DNA from: a virus
Virus record (IMG/VR): IMGVR_UViG_3300047497_000079
Coordinates: 1-64,000 of that record
Direction: 5' to 3' (one strand)
Length of the DNA stretch: 64,000 nucleotides
This document shows positions 1 through 7,903 of this stretch, piece by piece (position 1 is the stretch's first letter; the number at the start of each line of letters is the position of its first letter). Made by a program: the position numbers and the translations under genes. The notes under the pieces are model-generated. The model worked only from the letters and a program-made list of their open reading frames with translations. It searched no databases and was not told where the DNA came from.

Positions 1-40
1 TGAGGCGGGAATCATCCCCCTCTACAAGGAGGAACTATCT

Positions 41-325
41 ATGGACAATGTAACTGTTGTGATCGCGACCGTTTATTCAGGCGGAGCGTCGGAATCCGGA
101 AGCTGTGTCGTTTCCGAACATACTGATCTGGAAGAGGCCAAGGTTACGGCCCGCGATGAAGCTCTGGAGCGCTTTGCTGAAACGCACGGCGATCTGGAAC
201 CACAGCATCGCATCATTCTAGGATGCCTAACCTTCCCCGAACCAGAAGTGAAGACGACCGTCTTCGACGCGGTCCTTCCACAACAAACCCCAGATAGCGA
301 GCCGGTGACGGTTCAACTTTCATAG
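41..325 (+). CDS. hypothetical early protein
   Basis: 94-aa ORF with AAGGAGG SD upstream; first gene of a co-oriented small-ORF array. Confidence 0.8.
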   Translation: MDNVTVVIATVYSGGASESGSCVVSEHTDLEEAKVTARDEALERFAETHGDLEPQHRIILGCLTFPEPEVKTTVFDAVLPQQTPDSEPVTVQLS

Positions 326-403
326 AGTTCACCCAGGGGGCGGGTCCGAAAGGACCCGTCTCATCAGAGGAGAGTAATTAGCCAATTTTAACAAGGAGGT
401 GTT

Positions 404-673
404 GTGAAAAATGGCAAACGTTCTGATTCCCTCCCAAAGGAAACGGGACCACCAAAAGAACTGATTACTATTGATCAGATAGACCAACTAATCACAGAAC
501 TTGACGACGATTTCATTCGCGCTCTTAGCGAAGAATATGACGAACCCCTCGACTATTCAGATGTCCTTGAGCCGACCATCTTTGGTCAGTGGCTCATCCC
601 GCTTCTGTTAGGTGAGTTCATCGTATTGACCATCGCCATTGTCCTCTGGATCGTGTGGCTATCTGATCGCTGA
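404..673 (+). CDS. hypothetical protein with C-terminal TM helix
   Basis: GTG start after TTAGCCAATTT + AAGGAGGT; hydrophobic C-terminus. Confidence 0.75.
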   Translation: MKNGKRSDSLPKETGPPKELITIDQIDQLITELDDDFIRALSEEYDEPLDYSDVLEPTIFGQWLIPLLLGEFIVLTIAIVLWIVWLSDR

Positions 674-754
674 AATCGTTGCCTCGGGGGAGAGATTCCC
701 CGAGGTTTTATTTTATTGTTTAGCCAATTTAGGCACATAAGGAGGAGTATTAAG

Positions 755-970
755 ATGCGTTATTCGGACAAAAGCGAACTCAAATATTTGATCAATGAGT
801 ATGGCTTTGACGCCGTTATCGCTGCTCTGACTGAGGTCGTGGCGGCTAAGTCTGAACAGATGAGAGACATCAATAAAACACGCTCAAAGGAATGGGGAAG
901 AGCTTCGGCTCGTCTGACAGAATTGCGCGTGTGGTGTGACCGTTTCGGTCCAGACTCTAACTGCCGCTGA
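755..970 (+). CDS. hypothetical early protein
   Basis: Start moved to ATG 755, downstream of TAAGGAGG. Confidence 0.75.
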   Translation: MRYSDKSELKYLINEYGFDAVIAALTEVVAAKSEQMRDINKTRSKEWGRASARLTELRVWCDRFGPDSNCR

Positions 971-1024
971 TCATTGGAGGGGGATACAACCCCCTCTGTT
1001 AGCCAATTTTACAAGGAGGTAAAC

Positions 1025-1318
1025 ATGGCACCAGACCTTAACATGCTCGTCATTGAATCCAAATTCCCCCTCGCTTCAACGCCCGTTGGAAAGTTTGCCG
1101 GCGAAAGAGTTGCCGTCGCAATTGCTTATGAGCGAGTCCGGGCCGGTGAAGGTGAATCGTTTGGTTCACCTCTTCATTTCGGCTTCTACGGCCGCGTCAT
1201 GGTTTGTGACGATCCGATCTGTTTCGTCGAGGATGAGTACGGCGTGAATGAAATCACGGAAGAGGAGTATCGAAGCGCCGAAGAGGAGGAGTTCCTTGAA
1301 TTTGATGACGGCGCATGA
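1025..1318 (+). CDS. hypothetical early protein, acidic C-terminus
   Basis: ATG 1025 after AAGGAGGT. Confidence 0.75.
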   Translation: MAPDLNMLVIESKFPLASTPVGKFAGERVAVAIAYERVRAGEGESFGSPLHFGFYGRVMVCDDPICFVEDEYGVNEITEEEYRSAEEEEFLEFDDGA

Positions 1319-1387
1319 AACTGGTATTTAAAGCCAAGGAGGGGTTCGCCCCTCCGAGGCGTTTGTCCATTTTGATAGGAGTATTTA

Positions 1388-1597
1388 ATGGATCAGAGAA
1401 CGCTTGACCACCTGGATAGGTGGCTTAATTCGGAGATGTCGCGTTTGCCCGAACACACGCGGACCAAGTTCCGCAAGGTTATGATCGCCGTCTACAATGA
1501 AGACCCCGACCATTGGGGGAACACTTCGTGGTGGCGATGCTTCGACGAAGCGACATTTAGGATCGAGCGCGAAGCCATCAGGGAAAGTCAAGTTTAA
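1388..1597 (+). CDS. hypothetical early protein
   Basis: AGGAG SD; hairpin and motif upstream. Confidence 0.75.
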   Translation: MDQRTLDHLDRWLNSEMSRLPEHTRTKFRKVMIAVYNEDPDHWGNTSWWRCFDEATFRIEREAIRESQV

Positions 1598-1657
1598 AGC
1601 CGAGGGGGCGGAAGCCCCCGTGGCGTTAGTCCATTTAACCACAAGGAGGTATTGGAC

Positions 1658-1888
1658 ATGTCTAACGATCACACGAACGGAGTTACCACTATGAGCAGAG
1701 CCGAACAACTCAAGGCTGAACTTGCCGAAGCCCGCGCCGCCGAGAAGGCGAAGAAGGAAGCCGAGCGTAAAGCAAAGCGCGAGGCCAAAGAAGCGGCCGC
1801 GAAGGCAAAGAAGCAGGAAGCCATTGACTGGCATCTTGAGAAATTGGCGAAGCTCGGTGCTGATTGCCACTGTGAGATTAAAGACTAA
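1658..1888 (+). CDS. Ala/Lys/Glu-rich helical hypothetical protein
   Basis: ATG 1658 after AAGGAGGT. Confidence 0.7.
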   Translation: MSNDHTNGVTTMSRAEQLKAELAEARAAEKAKKEAERKAKREAKEAAAKAKKQEAIDWHLEKLAKLGADCHCEIKD

Positions 1889-1989
1889 CCAGTATTGCCG
1901 AGGGGGAGCGATCCCCCGAGGCGTTTGTCCATTTAGGACCAAGGAGGTAATCATGGCACAAGTAGAAGTAAACGCTATCGGAGGTACAC

Positions 1990-2169
1990 ATGAAGAAACA
2001 GATAGGCGTGATTGATTGGTCGCGGTGGAATGACCGCCCGTGGTGGATCAAGAACGGGTTCAAGACGCGGGAGGAGGCGTGGGATGCATACCGGGGCAAT
2101 CCCGAAGCTTCCGAGAGCGCCGCTCATCAAGCCGAGTGGATCAGGAAGCGCCGCCAGTCTAAATCATGA
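1990..2169 (+). CDS. 59-aa Trp-rich hypothetical protein (not in ORF track)
   Basis: GGAGGT SD at about 1980; MKKQIGVIDWSRWNDRPWWIKNGFKTREEAWDAY...; TGA at 2167. Confidence 0.7.
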   Translation: MKKQIGVIDWSRWNDRPWWIKNGFKTREEAWDAYRGNPEASESAAHQAEWIRKRRQSKS

Positions 2170-2267
2170 ACCACGAGTCTAAACTTGCATCCATGAGATC
2201 TTATTGAAAGCCAAGGGGGTCTTCGGACCCCCGAGGCGTTTGTCCATTTAGGACCAAGGAGGTAATC

Positions 2268-2501
2268 ATGCCCTATGTTGTGCAGATGCAATACTATGTT
2301 CAGGGTGACAAATATACTCACTTAGTGCATAGCAAGAGTACAAATAAACTCTTGGTATATCCAGATCATAAATCGGCAAAAGTGTGGCCCGACGAGGCTC
2401 TTTTTCCGAAGGTTGATTGCGATAGAGCACCTGAGTTCTCGCTCGTGGACGTTAGATCTTTGCCAAAGCTTTTACAGAAGGCAATTGCAGAGGGGGCGTA
2501 A
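2268..2501 (+). CDS. hypothetical early protein
   Basis: AAGGAGGT SD; hairpin and motif upstream. Confidence 0.75.
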   Translation: MPYVVQMQYYVQGDKYTHLVHSKSTNKLLVYPDHKSAKVWPDEALFPKVDCDRAPEFSLVDVRSLPKLLQKAIAEGA

Positions 2502-2542
2502 GCCCCCAAAGCGTTAGGTCATACTGACCAAAGGAGGTATTC

Positions 2543-2845
2543 ATGGCACAAGTAGAAGTAAACGCATATCCAATTCATGAAAGGTTTCCGGGCGGACATA
2601 CGATTTCGTTCGACCTCACAAGCCGGTCCCCATCCAAACGCTACGACATCAAGAATGTCGACGATGCGAAGGCAGCTCTGGCTGACTTTGCAATGGAGAT
2701 GGCGAAGACCCAGAAGGCTTGGGAGGTATCGGTACGTTTCGATAAACGTTCTGGTCGTAAACCTGCTGGATTTGATAAAGCGGACAGGGCACGCGAATTA
2801 CAATGCCTCGTCAATCTCGAACTTGCACCTATGAGAAAATATTGA
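2543..2845 (+). CDS. hypothetical early protein
   Basis: AAGGAGGT SD. Confidence 0.8.
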   Translation: MAQVEVNAYPIHERFPGGHTISFDLTSRSPSKRYDIKNVDDAKAALADFAMEMAKTQKAWEVSVRFDKRSGRKPAGFDKADRARELQCLVNLELAPMRKY

Positions 2846-2902
2846 AAGCCAAGGAGGGGTTCGCCCCTCCGAGGCATTAGTCAATTTAAACAGGAGGACA
2901 CT

Positions 2903-3346
2903 ATGTTATCAGACACAGATAGGGGATGTATACGTAGGCACTTCACAGTACCCCCGCATATTGAAGCCTGTAGTAGGGCTATCTGCTATGACTTGTTATT
3001 CGGACCTTCTTGGTCACTTATCCCTTCCAACGACATCACCAAGTACAACGCGGATTGTCTCGCGACTTTCCGTGCGGACCTTGAGGATGATTTTGAAGAG
3101 GGAGACGTGATCGAGGAAACGTATGTCGGTCAGGTGGCTCAAGCCCTACGGGACTTCATAGATTCCCTGCCCTCTGAGATTTATTATGACAAACAATTGG
3201 GTGAGGTCCTCGATAAGGAACCTGAAGGCTATGAAGACGAAGATGGTGAGTATTATGAACCCGACTGGGATGATTATTACAAGCTTGATAGCGCCGACAT
3301 AGTCGAGGTTCTCTTCGGGAAAACAATCGCCCGAGAGTTCAAATAG
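2903..3346 (+). CDS. acidic hypothetical protein
   Basis: AGGAGG SD; very D/E-rich. Confidence 0.8.
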   Translation: MLSDTDRGCIRRHFTVPPHIEACSRAICYDLLFGPSWSLIPSNDITKYNADCLATFRADLEDDFEEGDVIEETYVGQVAQALRDFIDSLPSEIYYDKQLGEVLDKEPEGYEDEDGEYYEPDWDDYYKLDSADIVEVLFGKTIAREFK

Positions 3347-3404
3347 GAGAGGAGGTCTTCGGACCTCCGATCCGTTTGTTCATTTAGAACCAAAGGAGAT
3401 AACA

Positions 3405-3590
3405 ATGAAGAAGATGTCCCAAAAGGATATGTTCTATAAAGCCAGTCGAGACAACGCGGCTTTGGATGCTGAATTTTCTGAAATGGTGAATGGCCCAAAC
3501 CCGATTACGAAAGCGGAATTGGAACGTCTCATTCAGAAACGCCCTACACTCTGGGGCCGTTGGAAGTCCTGGCTCGACAAACTCCAGTAA
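3405..3590 (+). CDS. hypothetical early protein
   Basis: AAGGAG SD. Confidence 0.75.
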   Translation: MKKMSQKDMFYKASRDNAALDAEFSEMVNGPNPITKAELERLIQKRPTLWGRWKSWLDKLQ

Positions 3591-3640
3591 TTGGTAGGGG
3601 TACGGCCCCTACCGTTAGCCAATTTTCAAAGGAGGCAAGA

Positions 3641-3871
3641 ATGCACAACGAATGTTGTGAACATAATGAAAAATGCAACTGGGCAGTAGGTTCCAATTTT
3701 CCAGGGTACCTTCCAGAAAATCACGCTGAACACTTTTCTGATTGGTATGACGCTTATGAGTATTTCATGCAGCTTTCAGAAGATTTACCGGTCGTTGAAC
3801 CAGAGAAAGACATCGAAACCATTGGTAAAGATGGAATGATCTACTGGCTGGTTGCTATTGGAAGGGGTTAA
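3641..3871 (+). CDS. hypothetical early protein
   Basis: ATG 3641 after AAGGAGG. Confidence 0.75.
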   Translation: MHNECCEHNEKCNWAVGSNFPGYLPENHAEHFSDWYDAYEYFMQLSEDLPVVEPEKDIETIGKDGMIYWLVAIGRG

Positions 3872-3913
3872 CCCCCTTCCGTTTGTCCATTTTCAGGACT
3901 ACAGGAGGTAACT

Positions 3914-4183
3914 ATGCGCAATCGTTTTGATAAAGCTCTCTATGCTCAGGCAGGAGCGGGCAATCCTTCGGGCATTGCTCTGGGAATAATCGAAGCATGT
4001 GAAGAAATCAGAAAAGACCCACACTGGTCAACGGAAGGGATCTGCAAAGACCCTGCGGTACGCCTCTTGGTGCATCAGTTGGCTAGCATCTGCGAAGTGT
4101 GGGAGATGTTTTACGACTTCGATGAATACGCTCGTCTCATGAATGAGTGCAGGAAGCTTTCGAGCGAAAACGTCGTTACATAA
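3914..4183 (+). CDS. hypothetical early protein
   Basis: AGGAGGT SD. Confidence 0.8.
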   Translation: MRNRFDKALYAQAGAGNPSGIALGIIEACEEIRKDPHWSTEGICKDPAVRLLVHQLASICEVWEMFYDFDEYARLMNECRKLSSENVVT

Positions 4184-4257
4184 CCGAATAAGACAAGGGG
4201 CGGCCGTCGCCGCCCCTTGTCTGGCTTTTAGCCTTATTTCAAGGCAAGGAGGTATCT

Positions 4258-4485
4258 ATGAGCATTAACTTTTCTTCTGAACCAGATGGGTGTGGTTTTA
4301 TCTATCAGCGCACGCACAATTGCGGTTTCGAACAGTACAATATCGCCGTTCCAGGCCGGGGCTATGGACCCCATCCTGGTCCTGGCTTTAAGGTGTTGTA
4401 CGGTGGTGTCGAGATCGGCGAGGCTGCTACGCTCGACGAGGCCAAGACCATTGCCAACGCTCACTGGCAGAAGATACAAAACTAG
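4258..4485 (+). CDS. hypothetical early protein
   Basis: AAGGAGGT SD. Confidence 0.75.
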   Translation: MSINFSSEPDGCGFIYQRTHNCGFEQYNIAVPGRGYGPHPGPGFKVLYGGVEIGEAATLDEAKTIANAHWQKIQN

Positions 4486-4554
4486 CTCAGAGGCATGGGG
4501 TTCACATCCCATGCCGGCCTTCGGCTTTTAGCCACTTTTAACAAGGAGGTAAAC

Positions 4555-4965
4555 ATGTACTTCTCATGTATCTACGCCGTTGACTGCCATCCAGACAATC
4601 TCTACGGAGCCGAATTTTATAAACCTGATATCGGTGAGTGGACGGAAACGGAGGGTGACGATCAGTATCAGAAGTGGTGCGCGATCTTAACTAAGGACGA
4701 GTTCCTTAAATGGGTCAGGGGAAATTTCTCCGTTGGCAGCCTTTCGGAAACGATGGGAATGCTTGGTGCTCCTGGCTTTGGTATTGGTCATGCACCTGCA
4801 TGGTGCTTAACCTCAGGCGAGGAAGATTGGTCTGGCTCTCTGTATTTTTGCCCTCTCATTCCGATGCAACGAAAAACAGGTGAAGCCGAATTTTATAAAG
4901 TGGCTGACCGGGATGAAAACTGGAAGCGCCTAAAACGCGCGGTAATCAACATGATGCGGAAGTAA
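4555..4965 (+). CDS. hypothetical early protein
   Basis: ATG 4555 after AAGGAGGT. Confidence 0.8.
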   Translation: MYFSCIYAVDCHPDNLYGAEFYKPDIGEWTETEGDDQYQKWCAILTKDEFLKWVRGNFSVGSLSETMGMLGAPGFGIGHAPAWCLTSGEEDWSGSLYFCPLIPMQRKTGEAEFYKVADRDENWKRLKRAVINMMRK

Positions 4966-5020
4966 TTGTAAGCTCGGGGTTCGCCCCGAGTGTTAGCCTA
5001 TATTAAACCAGGAGGTAAAC

Positions 5021-5263
5021 ATGACTTATTTTAATGGCACTCATCCTAGCTTACCGACAGAGAACGTACGAGGTGAACCCATTTCACGTAAGCCAATGAC
5101 ACGGATCTATTGTGATGCCTGTGCGGAGGCGGCAATACCGCTTCCACCAGCAGGTCCACTCACAAGCGATCCGATGGTCGGCCGGCACTGGAATACAGAG
5201 TTCATCTGGTGTCCTTATTACGGTGGGGATGCCAAGTGCCAAGTTTGTAATGAGCCATGCTAA
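5021..5263 (+). CDS. small Cys-rich (CxxC...CxxC) putative Zn-finger protein
   Basis: AGGAGGT SD; CDAC and CQVC motifs. Confidence 0.7.
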   Translation: MTYFNGTHPSLPTENVRGEPISRKPMTRIYCDACAEAAIPLPPAGPLTSDPMVGRHWNTEFIWCPYYGGDAKCQVCNEPC

Positions 5264-5303
5264 TTGTAAGCTAGGGGTTCACCCCTAGTCTTAGTAAATT
5301 TTC

Positions 5304-5375
5304 TTACTCCAATGCGAAACCTAATACGTCGTACCGGGGTGGTGCTCGGTGCTTGAAGATGCAGCCATGGAGTAA
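5304..5375 (+). ncRNA. Type II hammerhead ribozyme-like element HH1 (predicted cleavage after GUC, C5330)
   Basis: TTACTCCA.TGC-GAAAC..GTC-[GTACCGGG gtggtg CTCGGTGC]-TTGAAGA-T-GCA-gcca-TGGAGTAA; U3 core variant, extra U after A9, only 2-bp stem III. Confidence 0.7.
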
Positions 5376-5379
5376 ACGA

Positions 5380-5601
5380 GTGGGCCAATCTAAAATGTAC
5401 CAACCGGAAGTCGACGCTATCGTCGATAAGGTTCGAAAGACGAAGAGCTGCGAACGAACGACATTACCAGATGGTGCCGAGGTATATGCCTATCCTTATG
5501 CGGATGGCTCGGTAGCATGGGGTATCAATCGTCCCAGCGATCACGTCAACATCTTACGCGGCATTCGTGGCCCGGATGGTCAGGACAGGAACACTTATTG
5601 A
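5380..5601 (+). CDS. hypothetical protein between HH1 and HH2
   Basis: GTG 5380 lies 7 nt after the GGAG in HH1 stem II; same frame as track ORF 5353..5601. Confidence 0.7.
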   Translation: MGQSKMYQPEVDAIVDKVRKTKSCERTTLPDGAEVYAYPYADGSVAWGINRPSDHVNILRGIRGPDGQDRNTY

Positions 5602-5626
5602 TCTAAGCGGGGGCTTCGGCCTCCGC

Positions 5627-5695
5627 CCTCCAATGCGAAACGCAATAGCGTAGTACCGAGGTGGTGCTCGGTGCTTGAAGATGCAACCATGGAGG
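5627..5695 (+). ncRNA. Type II hammerhead ribozyme-like element HH2 (predicted cleavage after GUA, A5652)
   Basis: CCTCCA.TGC-GAAA-CGC aata GCG-TA-[GTACCGAG gtggtg CTCGGTGC]-TTGAAGA-T-GCA-acca-TGGAGG; loop I UGGU can pair with the ACCA bulge. Confidence 0.8.
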
Positions 5696-5700
5696 TAAAA

Positions 5701-5814
5701 ATGCACGAATACATCGTCCCCGCGATAATTGGTATTCTTTCAGGCTGGGTCGCCTATGACATCATAGGCGGCATCGTCCTGTTCATCAAATACCGGAAGG
5801 AACGGGTCGAATAG
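5701..5814 (+). CDS. 37-aa single-pass membrane protein (not in ORF track)
   Basis: MHEYIVPAIIGILSGWVAYDIIGGIVLFIKYRKERVE; its SD GGAGGT is the 3' strand of HH2 stem II. Confidence 0.7.
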   Translation: MHEYIVPAIIGILSGWVAYDIIGGIVLFIKYRKERVE

Positions 5815-5855
5815 CATTCTCTAATGCAACTACTTGATAGCCATGGAGGTAACCC

Positions 5856-5933
5856 CTCCTAGAATCGAAAAGCGCCAGGCCGACCCCCTGGCGTCTTCAT
5901 GCCGGGGTGGTGCTCGGCGTCTGATGAAAGGAG
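5856..5933 (+). ncRNA. Hammerhead-like element HH3 (canonical CUGAUGA core, imperfect stem II; predicted cleavage after UUC, C5898)
   Basis: GAAA-AGCGCCAGG..CCTGGCGTCT-TC-[ATGCCGGG gtggtg CTCGGCGT]-CTGATGA-AAGGAG; CTCCT/AGGAG distal pairing. Confidence 0.55.
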
Positions 5934-5939
5934 TAGATA

Positions 5940-6188
5940 ATGCCAATCACTAAGCAGGAACTTGCTATGGTGGCAGACTTGCTCGAAGAGATCGAGAGGG
6001 CGTCCCGTGAGGCACAGGCGCTGTTGATGAAAGCAGGGTATCACACGATGCCCTCGCCCATCGGCAAGGCCAATCATTTCCTCATGGACCATGTCGGTAT
6101 TGGTCATCCGGACTTTCCGGAACTTGCAAGTCTGTACAGTCCACCAAGCAAGCTTGCCGATGAGCTAAGGCATTTGCGTCAGAACTAA
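5940..6188 (+). CDS. hypothetical protein downstream of HH3
   Basis: AAGGAG SD within HH3. Confidence 0.75.
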   Translation: MPITKQELAMVADLLEEIERASREAQALLMKAGYHTMPSPIGKANHFLMDHVGIGHPDFPELASLYSPPSKLADELRHLRQN

Positions 6189-6310
6189 CCAACAAAAAAG
6201 GGACGGAAGGTGGTGCTTCCGTCCCCGTGGTGCTCGCGCCTTCGACCATGGAGGTGCTGCATCCGAATATCATTATGTTAGCCAATTTTCAACAGCAAAT
6301 GGAGGTGGAA

Positions 6311-6523
6311 ATGTCGGTAGAGATTGATACGGACGACGCGAAGGCATTTGGGGCAGACGCCTGGGTTCATTGCGGGTCACATGGAAGGCCACACCGAACG
6401 GGGTGGTGTACCGTTAATGTCCGCAACAAAACCCTCTTGAAGGCCACAAATTTCGACGACGCCGTCAAGGAATGCAAAGCCCGAGGGCTTTGGCTGTACG
6501 GCCATCAATCAACCGACACCTAA
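6311..6523 (+). CDS. hypothetical early protein
   Basis: ATG 6311 after GGAGGT. Confidence 0.7.
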   Translation: MSVEIDTDDAKAFGADAWVHCGSHGRPHRTGWCTVNVRNKTLLKATNFDDAVKECKARGLWLYGHQSTDT

Positions 6524-6587
6524 CTACATTAGCCAGCCCTCCGTGGCTGGCCCTTAGGTCATAACTGAAAGGATAGGACCAAAAAAC

Positions 6588-7022
6588 ATGCGATACGTCT
6601 TCGATGACGGAGGCAGATCAGCCGCCGGCTTCAAAGGAAGATCCGGTGATTGTGTTTGCCGATCAATCGCCATCGTCACGGGAAAACCCTACCTAGAGGT
6701 GTATCAAGAAATCAATGCCATAGCCCAAACCGAGCGCCCCAACTCGAAGCGGCGTAAGGGAAAGCGCTCATCCGCCAGGGATGGAGTTTTCAAGGCAACC
6801 ATGCATCGATATCTCAAGGACCTCGGGTATCAGTGGGTCCCCACGATGAAAATAGGGCAAGGCTGCAAAGTCCATATGCGACAAGATGAACTGCCCCCTG
6901 GACGCCTAATCGTGAATTTGTCAAAGCATACGACGGCCGTCATCGACGGCGTGATACACGACACACACGATTGTTCGCGGGATGGAACGCGCTGCGTTTA
7001 TGGCTATTTTGTGAAAGCCTAG
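6588..7022 (+). CDS. conserved phage protein, possible papain-like Cys-His-Asp fold
   Basis: GDCVCRSIAI...H..AVIDGVIHDTHDC motif pattern. Confidence 0.65.
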   Translation: MRYVFDDGGRSAAGFKGRSGDCVCRSIAIVTGKPYLEVYQEINAIAQTERPNSKRRKGKRSSARDGVFKATMHRYLKDLGYQWVPTMKIGQGCKVHMRQDELPPGRLIVNLSKHTTAVIDGVIHDTHDCSRDGTRCVYGYFVKA

Positions 7023-7026
7023 CAAC

Positions 7027-7062
7027 AAAAAGGGGCAGCCGGAGGTAACCGCTGCCCCTTTT
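7027..7062. terminator. bidirectional intrinsic terminator ending the early array
   Basis: AAAAAGGGGCAGC..GCTGCCCCTTTT. Confidence 0.7.
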
Positions 7063-7340
7063 CGTCTACAAGGAGGTGGCCTGCTTATAGCGGGTAACGC
7101 CCCCGCGCACAAGACAAATTTGTGCAGATGTAATTCGTTGAACGCCGGTCCTTTTCCGGCTTTAGTGAATTTAAGTCCAAGGCGTCAGATGCTTTCATGG
7201 AGACAGTCCGAATAGCACATATTCCGAAAAATTGTGACTATTCCAAGCACTTTTAGTGACTGCTTTCATCAACACAACTTAACAAAAGTTGTGAATTTTT
7301 CGTAGCGCCTTGATTTTTTAACACATATTTTATAACGTGT

Positions 7341-7820
7341 GTGTTAGCGGGAACTTGCAACGCAACACGTTATAAAAGCGATTCTAAAATGACAAGAGAC
7401 TGGGAAAGTGAAGTCAAAGAAGCGATTGCAACTCGCAAAAGAGAAATCATGCTTCTTGAAGGATACCTAAAATCCCGGAGTTCGGTCGATCACCTGCTGT
7501 CAGGAGCTGGCCGTCGAAAGATGCCAGCTAGTTATGAGTCCAGAGATTTGATGACCGAATCTGGGACTACCGAAGAAATTCTCCCCACGGTATCTGGCCG
7601 TGTTGGGAAGGCGATCTCCCCCGAGACCAAGCAAATGTTAGAGCAAGCCGTTGAAATCGTAAGGCTTGCTGGCGGAAAGCCCGTCGCTACGAGCGTCCTG
7701 ATGGAAGAACTTAAAAAGCGTGGTATCAAAAATCCAGGCTCAATTTCCAACATCACGAAGAAGCTCGAACGAGATGGAAGGCTTTTGAATATTCCGCGTA
7801 CGGGATGGACGCTCGCCTAA
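7341..7820 (+). CDS. putative winged-HTH DNA-binding protein (likely start ATG 7389)
   Basis: C-terminal wHTH-like segment; AT-rich promoter-like upstream region; terminator at about 7850-7875. Confidence 0.55.
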   Translation: MLAGTCNATRYKSDSKMTRDWESEVKEAIATRKREIMLLEGYLKSRSSVDHLLSGAGRRKMPASYESRDLMTESGTTEEILPTVSGRVGKAISPETKQMLEQAVEIVRLAGGKPVATSVLMEELKKRGIKNPGSISNITKKLERDGRLLNIPRTGWTLA

Positions 7821-7903
7821 TACGGTTTTCACTACAATCAAAGCAGTTCAAGGGGGCCTCGCGGCTCCCTTTTTCTGTTCTCTCTTGTCGTTCTTAGTCC
7901 ATT

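Noticed and set aside
330-370. Minus-strand CTGATGA next to a hairpin, a possible hammerhead
   Set aside because: No GAAA follows the putative stem II, and no stems I and III can be formed
1625-1930. Integron attC-like GTTAGTC...GACTAAC pairing around ORF 1658-1888
   Set aside because: Only one cassette shows the complementarity; the hairpins lack attC L-box architecture, and the integrase is P4-like rather than IntI
1385-1954. 189-aa minus-strand ORF
   Set aside because: Antisense to SD-supported plus-strand genes and crosses regulatory cassettes
330-7000. Regularly recurring repeats as a CRISPR array
   Set aside because: Repeats are degenerate and separated by whole genes of variable length; no cas genes
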